DNA from: an uncultured Candidatus Saccharibacteria bacterium
GTDB taxonomy: Bacteria; Patescibacteriota; Minisyncoccia; 2-02-FULL-40-12; GWA2-44-9
Direction of reading: 5' to 3'
Assembly (NCBI GenBank): GCA_964488565.1
Contig: CAZAUE010000004.1
Span: forward strand, 1 to 46,649
DNA: 46,649 nt
Made by a program: the position numbers and the translations under genes. This document shows positions 1 through 9,757 of this stretch, in pieces (position 1 is the first letter of the stretch; each line of letters opens with the position of its first letter). The notes below the pieces were generated by a model. That model was not told the DNA's origin and searched no databases. It saw nothing but the letters and a program-made list of their open reading frames with translations.

Positions 1-83
1 GCGGTCAGGAAAATTAGGAGTGAATCAAATGACTGGCTCTATGAGGAGCTCCGGCAAGAAGAGGGGGTGGGGTTGAGCGCCTT

Positions 84-111
84 TTGACAGAACCACCCAA
101 AGTGCTAAATT
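84..111 (+). promoter_or_regulatory. sigma70-type promoter for the M48 peptidase gene
   Basis: TTGACA (84-89), 16-nt spacer, TG-c-TAAATT extended -10 (103-111); SD-like GAGGTG just before the TTG at 149. Confidence 0.55.
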
Positions 112-148
112 GTGAGAATTAGTTTTCTGCAAACCCCAGAGGTGCAGA

Positions 149-718
149 TTGGTTCGTTTAAAATCACTACTCCTCTTACCGCTCATCCTATTCTCACTAT
201 TTATATACATCGTATCTGATACGTTCGTTTACGCTCACCTGTTTGATTGCGCTGGATCTGAAGCTATCGCTTCTGGTGTTTATGCTGAAAAAATAAAAAC
301 GGCACGAAAATTATTCACAAAACCCCTAGACTTTCCTGAGCCCGAATACTACGTAAAATCAACACAATGCTACAACGCATGGTCGCTTGGCACCGAAAAA
401 GTGATAGTTTCAGAGTCTGTCATCCAGAACTTCACCCCCGAAGAGCTGGCTGGCATATTGAGTCATGAGCTAGCTCACACCAGAACCCACATACAAAATG
501 AGTACCCAAGTCACTGGGAAATTGATGTTATGGGAGCAAGACTCACAAGCAAAAAAATTATGCTAAAAAAACTAGTCAGAATGTTGAACGAGTATGATAA
601 TCTTTATGAGGATAATAAATTACTGATGTATGCATTTCCTTTTTCTTATAGCACGTACATCGCAATAAGAAATGATTATCTTTTCAGAATAGATATGGTC
701 AATACTTATCTAAAATAA
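149..718 (+). CDS. M48/HtpX-like zinc metallopeptidase with N-terminal membrane anchor
   Basis: Hydrophobic N-terminus; NAW motif; EELAGILSHELAH (HEXXH); downstream E-x-D (WEIDVMG) third-ligand motif. Confidence 0.75.
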   Translation: MVRLKSLLLLPLILFSLFIYIVSDTFVYAHLFDCAGSEAIASGVYAEKIKTARKLFTKPLDFPEPEYYVKSTQCYNAWSLGTEKVIVSESVIQNFTPEELAGILSHELAHTRTHIQNEYPSHWEIDVMGARLTSKKIMLKKLVRMLNEYDNLYEDNKLLMYAFPFSYSTYIAIRNDYLFRIDMVNTYLK

Positions 719-745
719 AATATGCCGATTTAAGGCATATTTTTT
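717..745. terminator. bidirectional intrinsic terminator
   Basis: AAAATATGCC-gatttaa-GGCATATTTT hairpin with A/T tails between convergent genes. Confidence 0.7.
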
Positions 746-769
746 ATTGCCACATTAACAACCTCAAAC

Positions 770-3004
770 CTACCAAACCCCACCAATAGATTGCACAAAA
801 GCTTTCGCGTCTTCAGTAAATGAAGGGTCAAGTTGAGCCGCTATTTTTGCCTCTCTAACAGCTTCGTTAATCTTTCCAATTCTGGAATATACAACAGCGA
901 GTGAAACATGATACTGAACTTTTTGTGGAGCTATGGCCACAAGTTTCTCGTGAATTTCCGCTAATTTTTTATAATCATTAAGTTTTATATACACATTAGT
1001 CAACTTGAGCAAATCTGACTCATCAGGACCGTAGCCTTTATTCTGAGCTATTTCTATCAATTCAAGACCTCTTTGTGTATTCCCAATCTGCATTTCTGTT
1101 ATGCCCCAATACCAATAAGACAAACCCACGTCTGGATTTAACTCTGTCGCCTTTTTAAAATATTCAATTGCGGTTTTATAATCCTCCTTATTTAAATATC
1201 CTTGAGCAACTTCATAATAGGTCCTCATAAACGTGGGTGAAATTTTCAAAGCTTCTAGTGAATTCTTAAGAGCTTCATCGTTATGAGGAGATTTAGAGCT
1301 TTCTTTTCCAAGAATTATATGCATTCGAGAGGCATATAATCTGGGTAGATAATCCATGGGCCTTTCTTTGGCCAATTCTTCAACTTTTTCAATAGTAAAC
1401 TCTACTTCCTTTGTTATGTCCGGTGTTATTTTTTCTTTATTTGCCGAATATTCAAACAAGTATTGGGCGTATCTATGTCTTATTTCGTATTTACCAAAAA
1501 CATTATATCCTATTGCTTCTCTAAATTTAGCTGAAGCTGTATCAAAATCATTTGTCCAACCAGCAACTATCCCCCGAGTTGAAGCATAATTGGCCTTTGT
1601 TTGTATAATATTAGTTTTATAAATCAAAACAATAGAAGCAATGATGAGAATAAATCCAATTGAATTATTTAATGTTTTTTTATGCTTGATTGGCTTAATG
1701 GTTTGTGAATCCTGAGGCTTGCCGAGATATGATACAAAACCAACAATCGTAAAGAATGCAACAAAGTTGGCTGAGGTGTCAAAAATAAAGAAATTGTGAA
1801 TGAGATATGCCAAAACCAAAGATATCAGACTAATTGCCATTTTCTTTTGCGTACTATTGCCAACTTTAATTATCTTTCCAATTTTCCATAAAATCGAAGC
1901 AAACATTGCTAAATATGCCAACAGACCCACGAGTCCCATCGTAACAAGAACCTCGACAAACATGTTGTGTCCCCGATCAAAAAGAGTTTCTGATCCAGGA
2001 CCTTTAAAAAACTTGGGGTTGAAATGAATGGAAAATGGAATATTAAAATTTTCCGGCCCCCAGCCAATCAAAATCGTTTTAACACTATCGTTCCAACCAT
2101 CAATTCCTGCTTGCCATGCCCAAAAACGAGTCTGAACAGTAAATGTTTTTAAAGAAAAATCAGTTAATCGTGTTAGATAGCCAGAACCTTTTACAAAATC
2201 CGAACCCCTCATCGTTTGTGCAAAAACCACAAATAAACCAGCCAAAATGAGCAGGCCAATTAAAGTCTTTTTTGCTTTTACAGAATCAAATGTCCATGCA
2301 TACAAAAAAGCAAACACCAAAAACCCAAAACCAATACCCAAGATTGACCCTCTTACTGCGGTCATCAAAATAGCTATCAAATTTATCCCTGCCACCGCAA
2401 CAAAAAAGTAATTTTCATTCTTTGAATTCTGCGAACGGAAATACAAAGTAATTGCCAAAAACATATTTACTATCTGGTATCCGGCAAATAGCGCCGCATT
2501 ACCAATTGTTCCAAATATTCTCGTCCTATTTCCAGAGCCAACAATCCAAGAAATGTCTGTTTTCTGAAGAAACCCATAAAACGCCGAGAGTACGCCCACA
2601 AAAACCATAAATCTTAATAAACCAAACCAATCTTTTTCCGTTCTCATCACCGAAACCAGAATTACAAAATAAATAAAGTAGTGCCAAAATGTCCATAATC
2701 CTCCCATTCTTTCAAGTGTCCCCCAAAAACTTTCATAAACCTGAATACTGGTTATCGTTGTCAAAGTAAAAGCTCCAGTAAAAATCAGGAAACCCCAAAA
2801 AACCAAATCCCTCTTGGGCAAATAGGAACGATCCTGCCAAACCAACAAAAGATAAAACACCACAGCCAATTCAATCAAGCTCCTAAAGACAACAACCTTT
2901 CCAAAATGAAAAGGAGAGATGTATTGCGAGAAAATAATAAGTGGAACAATTGTAACACCGTACAATAACCACCTTAGCACTGTAACAATTTTTTGTTCAG
3001 ACAT
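770..3004 (-). CDS. O-antigen ligase / O-oligosaccharyltransferase family (Wzy_C) membrane protein with C-terminal TPR repeats
   Basis: About 12 TM segments; RIFGTIGN, TAVRGS, R..W...GWGPENF and RGHNMFVE..GLVG motifs; TPR-like helices at the C-terminus. Confidence 0.85.
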   Translation of the reverse strand: MSEQKIVTVLRWLLYGVTIVPLIIFSQYISPFHFGKVVVFRSLIELAVVFYLLLVWQDRSYLPKRDLVFWGFLIFTGAFTLTTITSIQVYESFWGTLERMGGLWTFWHYFIYFVILVSVMRTEKDWFGLLRFMVFVGVLSAFYGFLQKTDISWIVGSGNRTRIFGTIGNAALFAGYQIVNMFLAITLYFRSQNSKNENYFFVAVAGINLIAILMTAVRGSILGIGFGFLVFAFLYAWTFDSVKAKKTLIGLLILAGLFVVFAQTMRGSDFVKGSGYLTRLTDFSLKTFTVQTRFWAWQAGIDGWNDSVKTILIGWGPENFNIPFSIHFNPKFFKGPGSETLFDRGHNMFVEVLVTMGLVGLLAYLAMFASILWKIGKIIKVGNSTQKKMAISLISLVLAYLIHNFFIFDTSANFVAFFTIVGFVSYLGKPQDSQTIKPIKHKKTLNNSIGFILIIASIVLIYKTNIIQTKANYASTRGIVAGWTNDFDTASAKFREAIGYNVFGKYEIRHRYAQYLFEYSANKEKITPDITKEVEFTIEKVEELAKERPMDYLPRLYASRMHIILGKESSKSPHNDEALKNSLEALKISPTFMRTYYEVAQGYLNKEDYKTAIEYFKKATELNPDVGLSYWYWGITEMQIGNTQRGLELIEIAQNKGYGPDESDLLKLTNVYIKLNDYKKLAEIHEKLVAIAPQKVQYHVSLAVVYSRIGKINEAVREAKIAAQLDPSFTEDAKAFVQSIGGVW

Positions 3005-3016
3005 ATGAAAATAATA

Positions 3017-4324
3017 TTAGAGTTTTTTAAGTTTTTTAGCAAGGTAAACAAAAGAGGTTAAATGAGAGGCTGTAAACCACACTGTCACCATCATCACCGA
3101 TCCCCAAAGACCATAATTTTTAATAAGCCAAAGCCCCAAAGGAATTCCCGCTCCCAAAATAACCAGATTTATAATTATAGAAACCTTAACGCCATTAATC
3201 GCCCGCCACATGGGTCCCAAGCCGACTCCTATCCCATACAGCGCACCATAGACAATCAAACCAATAACATAAGGTACGCTCGGCAAGAAATTTTCTCCAT
3301 AAAGAATCTTAAACGCAATCGGGGAAACAATAACTGCTACAACTGTTAATAATGTTGAAATACCGAGACCATACAAGGAAACCTTTTTAAAGTTTTTAAC
3401 TAATTTTTCCTTGTTCTCAATCTGTAATTTAGGAAACTCTACATTTAAAAGCACTGATATTGGTCCAAGTAAGCTTAAAGCAAGATTGACATATCCAAAA
3501 GCTAATCTAAAAAATGAAACCTCGGAGGTAGTAACATAGATACCGGTAAGAATGACTGGCAGGGCCATAAATAAATTACCCATATTCCTATCCAATGCGA
3601 CCCAAAAAGTAAATCCGAAATATTTTTTAAAACTCACCCTCTTCGCGCCAACAACCAACTGGCACAAAGAGGGGAAAATAGAATCGCCAGTTCTCAGGTT
3701 TCCGAACAACCATGCTGAAGAAATAAATATTATCAAAGCACCAACCAAGTGCCCGCTGACCGCACCCAAAACTCCAAAGCCGGCAATAACTAAAACCAAA
3801 GACAGACCTGATCTCAATGACTGGTCTGTAACAATTAAATATGTAAGAGATTTAATTCTTCCGGTAACTTGAAAAACTGAGTATGCGAGAGTAAAAAAGA
3901 ATGATGATAGAACTACGGCAACAACAATAATTGAAGCATAAATACCAATAACAGAATTTCCATAGAGCTTATTCGCGATACTTGGCAGAAAGAAACTAAA
4001 AACCAACACAGCTAATGTGGCCAAGAAAGTTATCTTGAACATAAAACCAAGAATGTTTTCCACCTCAACCTTATCTTTTTGTGCATATGCCCTCCCCAAC
4101 ATGCTTGATACCGCCTCCTGAATCCCCATACCTATTACCAGTGAGGTAGTAGCGGCCAACCCAAAAGCAAGTGAATAAATACCCAAAAGCTCCGGTTGTA
4201 AAATCCGAGCTATTAATATCCCAACTATCGCCTGAACAACTGTTCCACCAAAACTCCCTACCTGCAAAGTGGCCACATTTCGGATAAAATCCTTTTGCCA
4301 TAATTGACTTAAGAGATTTATCAT
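3017..4324 (-). CDS. wzx: Wzx-type oligosaccharide flippase (MOP superfamily)
   Basis: About 12 TM segments; 'IARILQPELLGIYSL' and 'ILYGENFLPSV' Wzx signatures. Confidence 0.8.
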   Translation of the reverse strand: MINLLSQLWQKDFIRNVATLQVGSFGGTVVQAIVGILIARILQPELLGIYSLAFGLAATTSLVIGMGIQEAVSSMLGRAYAQKDKVEVENILGFMFKITFLATLAVLVFSFFLPSIANKLYGNSVIGIYASIIVVAVVLSSFFFTLAYSVFQVTGRIKSLTYLIVTDQSLRSGLSLVLVIAGFGVLGAVSGHLVGALIIFISSAWLFGNLRTGDSIFPSLCQLVVGAKRVSFKKYFGFTFWVALDRNMGNLFMALPVILTGIYVTTSEVSFFRLAFGYVNLALSLLGPISVLLNVEFPKLQIENKEKLVKNFKKVSLYGLGISTLLTVVAVIVSPIAFKILYGENFLPSVPYVIGLIVYGALYGIGVGLGPMWRAINGVKVSIIINLVILGAGIPLGLWLIKNYGLWGSVMMVTVWFTASHLTSFVYLAKKLKKL

Positions 4325-5424
4325 TTTTTATAAAAAGACTTGATTACCTTGCAAATCTTAAGGACCTCAGACTCCTTTAGTTCTGGGTACAAAGGAAGGG
4401 ACAGTATTTCTTGAGACAACTTGGATGTTACTGGCAAATCAGCATCAGAGTATCCAAGAAACCTGTAAGCTTCTTGTCTAAACACTGGTATCGGATAATG
4501 AATAGCAGATTCTATGTTATTCTTTTTTAAAAAATCCCTAAGCCTATCTCTCTCTTTGGTTCTAATAACGAAAAGATGCCAAACTCTTTTTGTTTCATCA
4601 TGACCCACAAAAGGTAAGGTTATGGGTAAATCACCAAGCTCTCTTAAATAGACGAGGGCCAAATCCTCTCTAGTATTATTCCATCTATCCAAATAATCAA
4701 TGCCCCAATTCAAAACTGCCGCTTGTATCTCATCTAACCCACTATTAACCCCTTCTATTCTATTGAGGTATTTATCTACTTCTCCGAAATTCCTTAATTC
4801 TCTTGCTCTGTCAAATAATTTTTTATTATTCGTAATCATCATTCCCGCATCTCCAAATGCTCCTAAATTTTTAGTTGGGTAAAAACTAAAACAACCAATA
4901 TCACCCATGGTTCCGACCATTTTATTCGAATATCTTGCACCATGCGCCTGACAAGAATCTTCAACCACAAATAAATTGTGTTTTCTTGCTATCCGCACAA
5001 TCTTTTTCATGTCTACTGGATAACCATATAAATGTACAGGAAGTATGACCTTTGTATTCTTGGTGATTTTATTCTTAACAAGATCAAGATTCATAACCAT
5101 AGTCTTTTCATCGACATCAACAAAAACTGGGATTGCTCCAGTCATTCTTATTGCCGCAATCGTAGGTGTGGCGGTATGAGAAACAGTTATTACTTCGTCA
5201 CCAACACCAACACCCAAAGACCTCAAGGCAATTGCTATTGAATCGGTTCCAGAATTTACCCCAACAGCAAACTTAGCCCCGGAATAATCAGCAAACTTTT
5301 TTTCAAATCCAATTCGTTCTGGACCACCAACAAACCATCCCCTCTTAAAAACAGAAAAGATTTTTTTGTTAATCTCCTTACCATGAAGACGATACCTTCT
5401 TTTAAAATCAATAAATCTTATCAT
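4321..5424 (-). CDS. fdtB: DegT/DnrJ family NDP-sugar aminotransferase (FdtB/QdtB-like 3-aminotransferase)
   Basis: NSGTD, PVHLYG, EDSCQAHG, SFYPTKNLGAFGDAG (PLP lysine); directly coupled to an fdtA-like gene. Confidence 0.8.
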   Translation of the reverse strand: MIRFIDFKRRYRLHGKEINKKIFSVFKRGWFVGGPERIGFEKKFADYSGAKFAVGVNSGTDSIAIALRSLGVGVGDEVITVSHTATPTIAAIRMTGAIPVFVDVDEKTMVMNLDLVKNKITKNTKVILPVHLYGYPVDMKKIVRIARKHNLFVVEDSCQAHGARYSNKMVGTMGDIGCFSFYPTKNLGAFGDAGMMITNNKKLFDRARELRNFGEVDKYLNRIEGVNSGLDEIQAAVLNWGIDYLDRWNNTREDLALVYLRELGDLPITLPFVGHDETKRVWHLFVIRTKERDRLRDFLKKNNIESAIHYPIPVFRQEAYRFLGYSDADLPVTSKLSQEILSLPLYPELKESEVLKICKVIKSFYKK

Positions 5425-5843
5425 TTAATATAATTTAAAAAATCTTTATAATTCCTTAAATAATCGCTCTCATCATACCAATCATCAGCCAATACCAAGA
5501 TTGCACAGTTGTCGGAAAAATTTTCCATCTCGTGCCACAATAGTTTTCCCAATCTTATGCCAAATGACGGATTGGTCATTTTTATTTTTTGTTTTTTATT
5601 GCCGTCATCAAGCAAAAGGTCAAACGAGCCATTAATGCAAAATATTATCTGCTCCAATTTTTTATGTGCGTGTTTACCGCGAACAGATTTCTGATCGGCT
5701 AAACTAGTGATGTAATAAATCCTTTTAATCTCAAAGGGGATGTGTTGTCCAACTTGAGCAACAGTTAGTGTTCCGTCTGGACGATCATGGATAGACTGAA
5801 CAGTAATCACTCCTGAATTTTTTACTTTTATTTTTGGAATCAT
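5421..5843 (-). CDS. fdtA: FdtA/QdtA family dTDP-4-keto-6-deoxyhexose 3,4-ketoisomerase (cupin)
   Basis: PFEIKRIYY, RGKHAHK, WHEM, YDESDYLRNY..F motifs. Confidence 0.88.
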   Translation of the reverse strand: MIPKIKVKNSGVITVQSIHDRPDGTLTVAQVGQHIPFEIKRIYYITSLADQKSVRGKHAHKKLEQIIFCINGSFDLLLDDGNKKQKIKMTNPSFGIRLGKLLWHEMENFSDNCAILVLADDWYDESDYLRNYKDFLNYIK

Positions 5844-6121
5844 TTTAAATTCACAAGTTTTTTATATAAATCAATCTGTTTATCCATGAGTATTTCTGAA
5901 TTATAATTTTTGATAACATGCTCTCTCCCCTTACGACCCATTTCTGGCCAAACTTCTGGATGTTCTAACATATACACAATTTTCTCCGCCAAATCTTTCC
6001 AATCGCCTTCATTCACCAAAAAACCACTTTCTCCATCTTTAACCTGTTCGGGCAAACCACTATGCCTCGTCGTTATTACGGGCAATCCTGTTGCCAATGA
6101 TTGTGAAATTATTACATTCAT
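5840..6121 (-). CDS. C-terminal fragment of a split WcaL-like GT4 glycosyltransferase
   Basis: SLATGLPVITTRHSGLPEQVKDGESGFLV..D...LA matches the GT4 C-terminal part; own ATG 5 nt after the upstream TAA, in a different frame. Confidence 0.75.
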   Translation of the reverse strand: MNVIISQSLATGLPVITTRHSGLPEQVKDGESGFLVNEGDWKDLAEKIVYMLEHPEVWPEMGRKGREHVIKNYNSEILMDKQIDLYKKLVNLK

Positions 6122-6126
6122 AGCGA

Positions 6127-7077
6127 TTATTCCATATTACCGTCTTTAGCTGTTTTAGATGGCTGAACAAAAAAATGCATATCGCCCATCAGTGAAATTA
6201 TTTTTTTAATATTCATGTAGCCTTTAAAATCCAATACGTCGTTCAGCTTAAATTTTTCAGTCATATCCAAAATTGTTTTTTTCATGGGACCATCGCCGAC
6301 AATTGTGCAAATAAATTGTCTTTTTGTTTTTTCTCGAACGATGTTCAAGGCTCGCAACAAATCGTCAAATCCCTTCTTTTCTACAAAACGACCCACGGAA
6401 AAAATTCTGATGGGTTCATCTACAGAAACCGTCCTTTCCTTAAAAGGATATTCCTCAATATTTATACCAATGGGATGGACAATCACCTTTTCTGTACTAA
6501 AACCGTAATCAACAACCCTCTCTTTGGCATTTTCCGACATCACTAAAAAAAGAGAGCATTCTTTTTTTAATCTCTCATAAACACCCGGCCCACTTTTAAT
6601 AATTGTACGACTAATGTCGTAACCATAAAAAGTGGTGATAAATTTTTGTGGCAAATTCAAAACATCTTTAATTTTAAGATATTTATTTCCCACCGGCCCA
6701 AAATGGCAATGAGCCAAATCAAAACTCTCACCAACCAAAGCTTCTGCCCAATAAATAAGATTCAGCGAGAAAACCTCACGGCCATAAGCTTTAAAATCAA
6801 GCGCCCCAACAAACGCTTTCGGATTTTTACATAATAAAGAAACTCCTTTTGGAATGGCCATCATTATTCTGGCAAATTTATTTTTAGGTACGTTGATATA
6901 TTTAGTTATTTTTGCCAATTCATATTCATAAAACTTATCCGATATTTCTTTGTTACCGCCGTGCCTGAAAGAGAATATTTTCACCTCTATCCCACGATCA
7001 ATAAGACCTGTGACCTGATCAATAATAAAAGGCTCGGAAACAACAGGAAATGCTTCAATTAAAAATACAATCTTCAT
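6127..7077 (-). CDS. N-terminal part of a WcaL-like GT4 glycosyltransferase
   Basis: FPVVSEPFIIDQ, HCHFG, VGRFVEKKG; ends at FVQPSKTAKDGNME, i.e. at the first Glu of the EX7E motif. Confidence 0.8.
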   Translation of the reverse strand: MKIVFLIEAFPVVSEPFIIDQVTGLIDRGIEVKIFSFRHGGNKEISDKFYEYELAKITKYINVPKNKFARIMMAIPKGVSLLCKNPKAFVGALDFKAYGREVFSLNLIYWAEALVGESFDLAHCHFGPVGNKYLKIKDVLNLPQKFITTFYGYDISRTIIKSGPGVYERLKKECSLFLVMSENAKERVVDYGFSTEKVIVHPIGINIEEYPFKERTVSVDEPIRIFSVGRFVEKKGFDDLLRALNIVREKTKRQFICTIVGDGPMKKTILDMTEKFKLNDVLDFKGYMNIKKIISLMGDMHFFVQPSKTAKDGNME

Positions 7078-8234
7078 CTTATAAAATCCAAAATTAATTT
7101 TGCCCTAGAAACCCATGAATATTTTTGAGAATCATTAAAAGCCTCTTTTGCAAGTTTATCAGCTATATCCGGATTTTCAAAAACAAATTTAATTTTTTGA
7201 GCCAAATCATCTACATTTTCGGGTTTAAAAAACAAAGAATTTTTTTCATTGAGAACTCTCCTTAAAGACGGTAAGTCTGATGTAATTACGGTTTTACCTG
7301 CCGCCAAAAACTCAAATAACTTTATGGGAGATGCTGTAAGAAACTGCTGTTTCGCGGGAGATGGAATTACAACCACGTCAAAAGCTCTCAAATAGCTGGG
7401 TATAATCTGATAATCAACTTGGCCAGTAAAAACAATGTTCGAGTAATCCTCAGCAAATTTATTATACTTTTCAATATAACTACTGGGCCCCCCTACAATA
7501 TACAGCATCATGTCTGAGATTTCTGAATGAACCATTTTAAAAGCTTCGATCAGGTCACCAACCCCTTTTTCTAGACCAATTGATTCAAGACGTCCAACAT
7601 AAGCAATAATTTTTTTATCGGAGGGAATAGATAATTTTTTCCTTGCCTCTTCTTTTGATTCCTTAATGTTGAAGAATTCAATATCAACACCATTGTGTGC
7701 AACCAGTATCTTTGAATGTGGGGTGCCAAATTTTAACACCTCATCTCGCGTTCCCTCAGAGTTTACAATTATTTTCTTAGCTTTTTTAAAAACATATTTC
7801 AAAAGAATTCTAGTTCTCGACGGACGTAAATCGTGTATTTCAGCTAAAAAATTAAAGTTGAATAATCCAAGAAGGAATAACACTGCATAGTCTCTGGAGT
7901 AAAAAAAATGGTCAGGTTTTTTGTGTTTTGATAATAAAAAGCATGCTGTGGAAAAAAGAGCAAACACTGAAGAACGTAAATAAAAAGCAGTCCTGTCAGA
8001 TATTTTAGAAACCATCCTACTTAAGAAATCCCCACTATATACCTTTTTAATATTAAAAACTCTTTCAACTCCATAATAAGAGAAGGGGTCTCCCTTAATT
8101 GGGTTTTTCTGAAGAGGAGCAACAAGCTCAACTGAAACTCCGGCCTGAACAAAAGCTTCACACGATTTCATTATTTGAACCCCTCTGGCTTTTTCGGTTG
8201 GCAGTCTTGTGTTGGTTATATAAATTATTCTCAT
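7074..8234 (-). CDS. GT4 glycosyltransferase
   Basis: RLPTEKARGVQI, HNGVD, YVGRL, SPIKLFEFLAAGK motifs. Confidence 0.88.
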   Translation of the reverse strand: MRIIYITNTRLPTEKARGVQIMKSCEAFVQAGVSVELVAPLQKNPIKGDPFSYYGVERVFNIKKVYSGDFLSRMVSKISDRTAFYLRSSVFALFSTACFLLSKHKKPDHFFYSRDYAVLFLLGLFNFNFLAEIHDLRPSRTRILLKYVFKKAKKIIVNSEGTRDEVLKFGTPHSKILVAHNGVDIEFFNIKESKEEARKKLSIPSDKKIIAYVGRLESIGLEKGVGDLIEAFKMVHSEISDMMLYIVGGPSSYIEKYNKFAEDYSNIVFTGQVDYQIIPSYLRAFDVVVIPSPAKQQFLTASPIKLFEFLAAGKTVITSDLPSLRRVLNEKNSLFFKPENVDDLAQKIKFVFENPDIADKLAKEAFNDSQKYSWVSRAKLILDFIR

Positions 8235-8258
8235 AGTAATCTGACTCTTACAACCTTA

Positions 8259-8310
8259 ACTGTATGAATAGAATTGAACCTTGTCAATCATTAAATTTAA
8301 TGATAAAAAT
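8259..8310. promoter_or_regulatory. divergent promoter region with a perfect 18-bp palindrome
   Basis: Minus strand TTGACA (8287-8282)-17-TACAGT (8264-8259); plus strand TTGTCA (8281-8286) with TG-a-TAAAAA; palindrome ATCATTAAATTTAATGAT at 8287-8304. Confidence 0.5.
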
Positions 8311-8342
8311 TTTTTAGCACAATTAAAAACAAGGAGTTTTCC

Positions 8343-9287
8343 ATGAATCTGGCTGGGCGAAGAGTACTACTAACCGGCGGATCAGGATTTTTGGGAAATC
8401 ATGTTTGGCAAAAACTCATTGATCGCGGAGTAAGATCTGAACAAATTACAGTTCCTCGCTCCAGGATAATCGATTTAAGGAAACAGGTCGTTTGTAATGA
8501 ATTACTCAGATCAGTAAGGCCAGATTTCTTGATCCACCTCGCCGGACATGTGGGAGGCATAGGATTAAACAAAGAAAAACCATACACATTATGGCATGAT
8601 AATTTACGTATGGGCATGAATGTTATGGATGCTGCCATAAAAAACGGTGTCCCAAAAATTGTAGTAATAGGCACCATTTGTGAATATCCAAAATTTACAC
8701 CTGTACCATTTTGCGAAAACGATCTTCACAACGGTTATCCAGAAGAAACAAATGCTCCCTATGGGTATGCGAAACGCTCACTCTTGGTTGGAGGTAATGC
8801 TGCCCGATTAGAATTTGGTACGAATGTAATCCATCTCCTACCAGTAAATTTATACGGTCCAAAAGACCACTTTGAACCAGAGAAAAGTCACGTCATTCCT
8901 GCTTTGATTAAAAAAGTTGCAGATGCCAAGAGTGCAAATCAAAACTTTATGGAAATCTGGGGCACTGGCAACGCTTCGAGGGAATTTCTGTACGTAGAAG
9001 ATGCTGCCGAAGCGATAGTTATGGCGACTGAATATTATGATGGAGCCGAGCCTGTCAACATTGGTGCCGGATTTGAAATTACCATCAAAGAACTTGTGAA
9101 CACAATTTGCCGACTTATGGATTTTACGGGTGAAGTTCGTTGGGACACATCAAAACCAGATGGCCAGCCTAGGCGCATGCTGGACACAAGTCGCGCACAG
9201 AAAGAATTTGGTTTTAAAGCCAAAACAAGTTTCGAAGACGGCCTAAAGAAAACAATCGATTGGTATTTAAAGAATCAAACCCGCTAA
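8343..9287 (+). CDS. fcl: GDP-L-fucose synthase family epimerase/reductase
   Basis: TGGSGFLG, HLAGHVGGIG, GTICEYPK, YGYAKR, NLYGP.D.F...SHVIPAL, WGTG..SREFLYV, KPDGQPRR; SD AAGGAG. Confidence 0.92.
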   Translation: MNLAGRRVLLTGGSGFLGNHVWQKLIDRGVRSEQITVPRSRIIDLRKQVVCNELLRSVRPDFLIHLAGHVGGIGLNKEKPYTLWHDNLRMGMNVMDAAIKNGVPKIVVIGTICEYPKFTPVPFCENDLHNGYPEETNAPYGYAKRSLLVGGNAARLEFGTNVIHLLPVNLYGPKDHFEPEKSHVIPALIKKVADAKSANQNFMEIWGTGNASREFLYVEDAAEAIVMATEYYDGAEPVNIGAGFEITIKELVNTICRLMDFTGEVRWDTSKPDGQPRRMLDTSRAQKEFGFKAKTSFEDGLKKTIDWYLKNQTR

Positions 9288-9299
9288 TGCGGGTTTTTT
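9277..9299 (+). terminator. intrinsic terminator of fcl
   Basis: AAACCCGC-taat-GCGGGTTT followed by a T run. Confidence 0.75.
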
Positions 9300-9310
9300 A
9301 TTTATAAAAT

Positions 9311-9337
9311 AAAAAAAGGCCAGTCAAATAACTGGCC
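9311..9337 (-). terminator. intrinsic terminator of the hypothetical gene
   Basis: GGCCAGT/ACTGGCC stem with an A7 run on its left (U tail on the minus strand). Confidence 0.75.
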
Positions 9338-9349
9338 CGCTCACCTCTT

Positions 9350-9757
9350 TCATGACAACTTCATAAATCGAAGGTGTTCTGGGGTAGTTCCTCCCTGATC
9401 AGCCATGGTGGAACCAAACCCACCCTCGTCACGTGCCGACACACGCTCCACAACGACACGACCAAAACGCATCATGGTTTTAGGTCGCATTGCTTTCTTT
9501 ATGGCCTTGCAAATAGGGGTCGATGGTTTAATGGCAACCTCATCCGAACATGAAAAACTTTTCAACCAAACTCGACCATCCCAACCATTTTCGAAGGGCA
9601 CCCATCGTCCGCCCCTAAACCACTGAACAACCTCTTTGCCAACCAGTCCAGCTAAAAGCTTCAAACCCTTCTTGGCATCTTCTGCCTTAAGAACCCGCTG
9701 GAGAACCTTCTCTGCTTCAGGACTAATCCTCATCTGACCAAGCATTGGCCTACTCAT
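9350..9757 (-). CDS. hypothetical protein (135 aa, start revised from 9802 to ATG 9757)
   Basis: GGGAG SD before ATG 9757; TTGACA(9826-9821)-17-TATGTT(9803-9798) promoter; own terminator; no recognisable domain. Confidence 0.6.
   Translation of the reverse strand: MSRPMLGQMRISPEAEKVLQRVLKAEDAKKGLKLLAGLVGKEVVQWFRGGRWVPFENGWDGRVWLKSFSCSDEVAIKPSTPICKAIKKAMRPKTMMRFGRVVVERVSARDEGGFGSTMADQGGTTPEHLRFMKLS

Noticed and set aside
1-87. Open frame AVRKIRSESNDWLYEELRQEEGVGLSAF* at the window edge
   Set aside because: Could be the tail of an upstream gene but is too short to support
88-157. Possible three-stem riboswitch-like fold upstream of the peptidase
   Set aside because: No match to a riboswitch consensus I recognise; the stretch is better explained as a -35/-10 promoter plus SD
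6119-6135. Stop-codon readthrough or alternative genetic code joining the split GT4
   Set aside because: The stop is TAA and the second half is in a different frame; TGA is used as a normal stop elsewhere in the window
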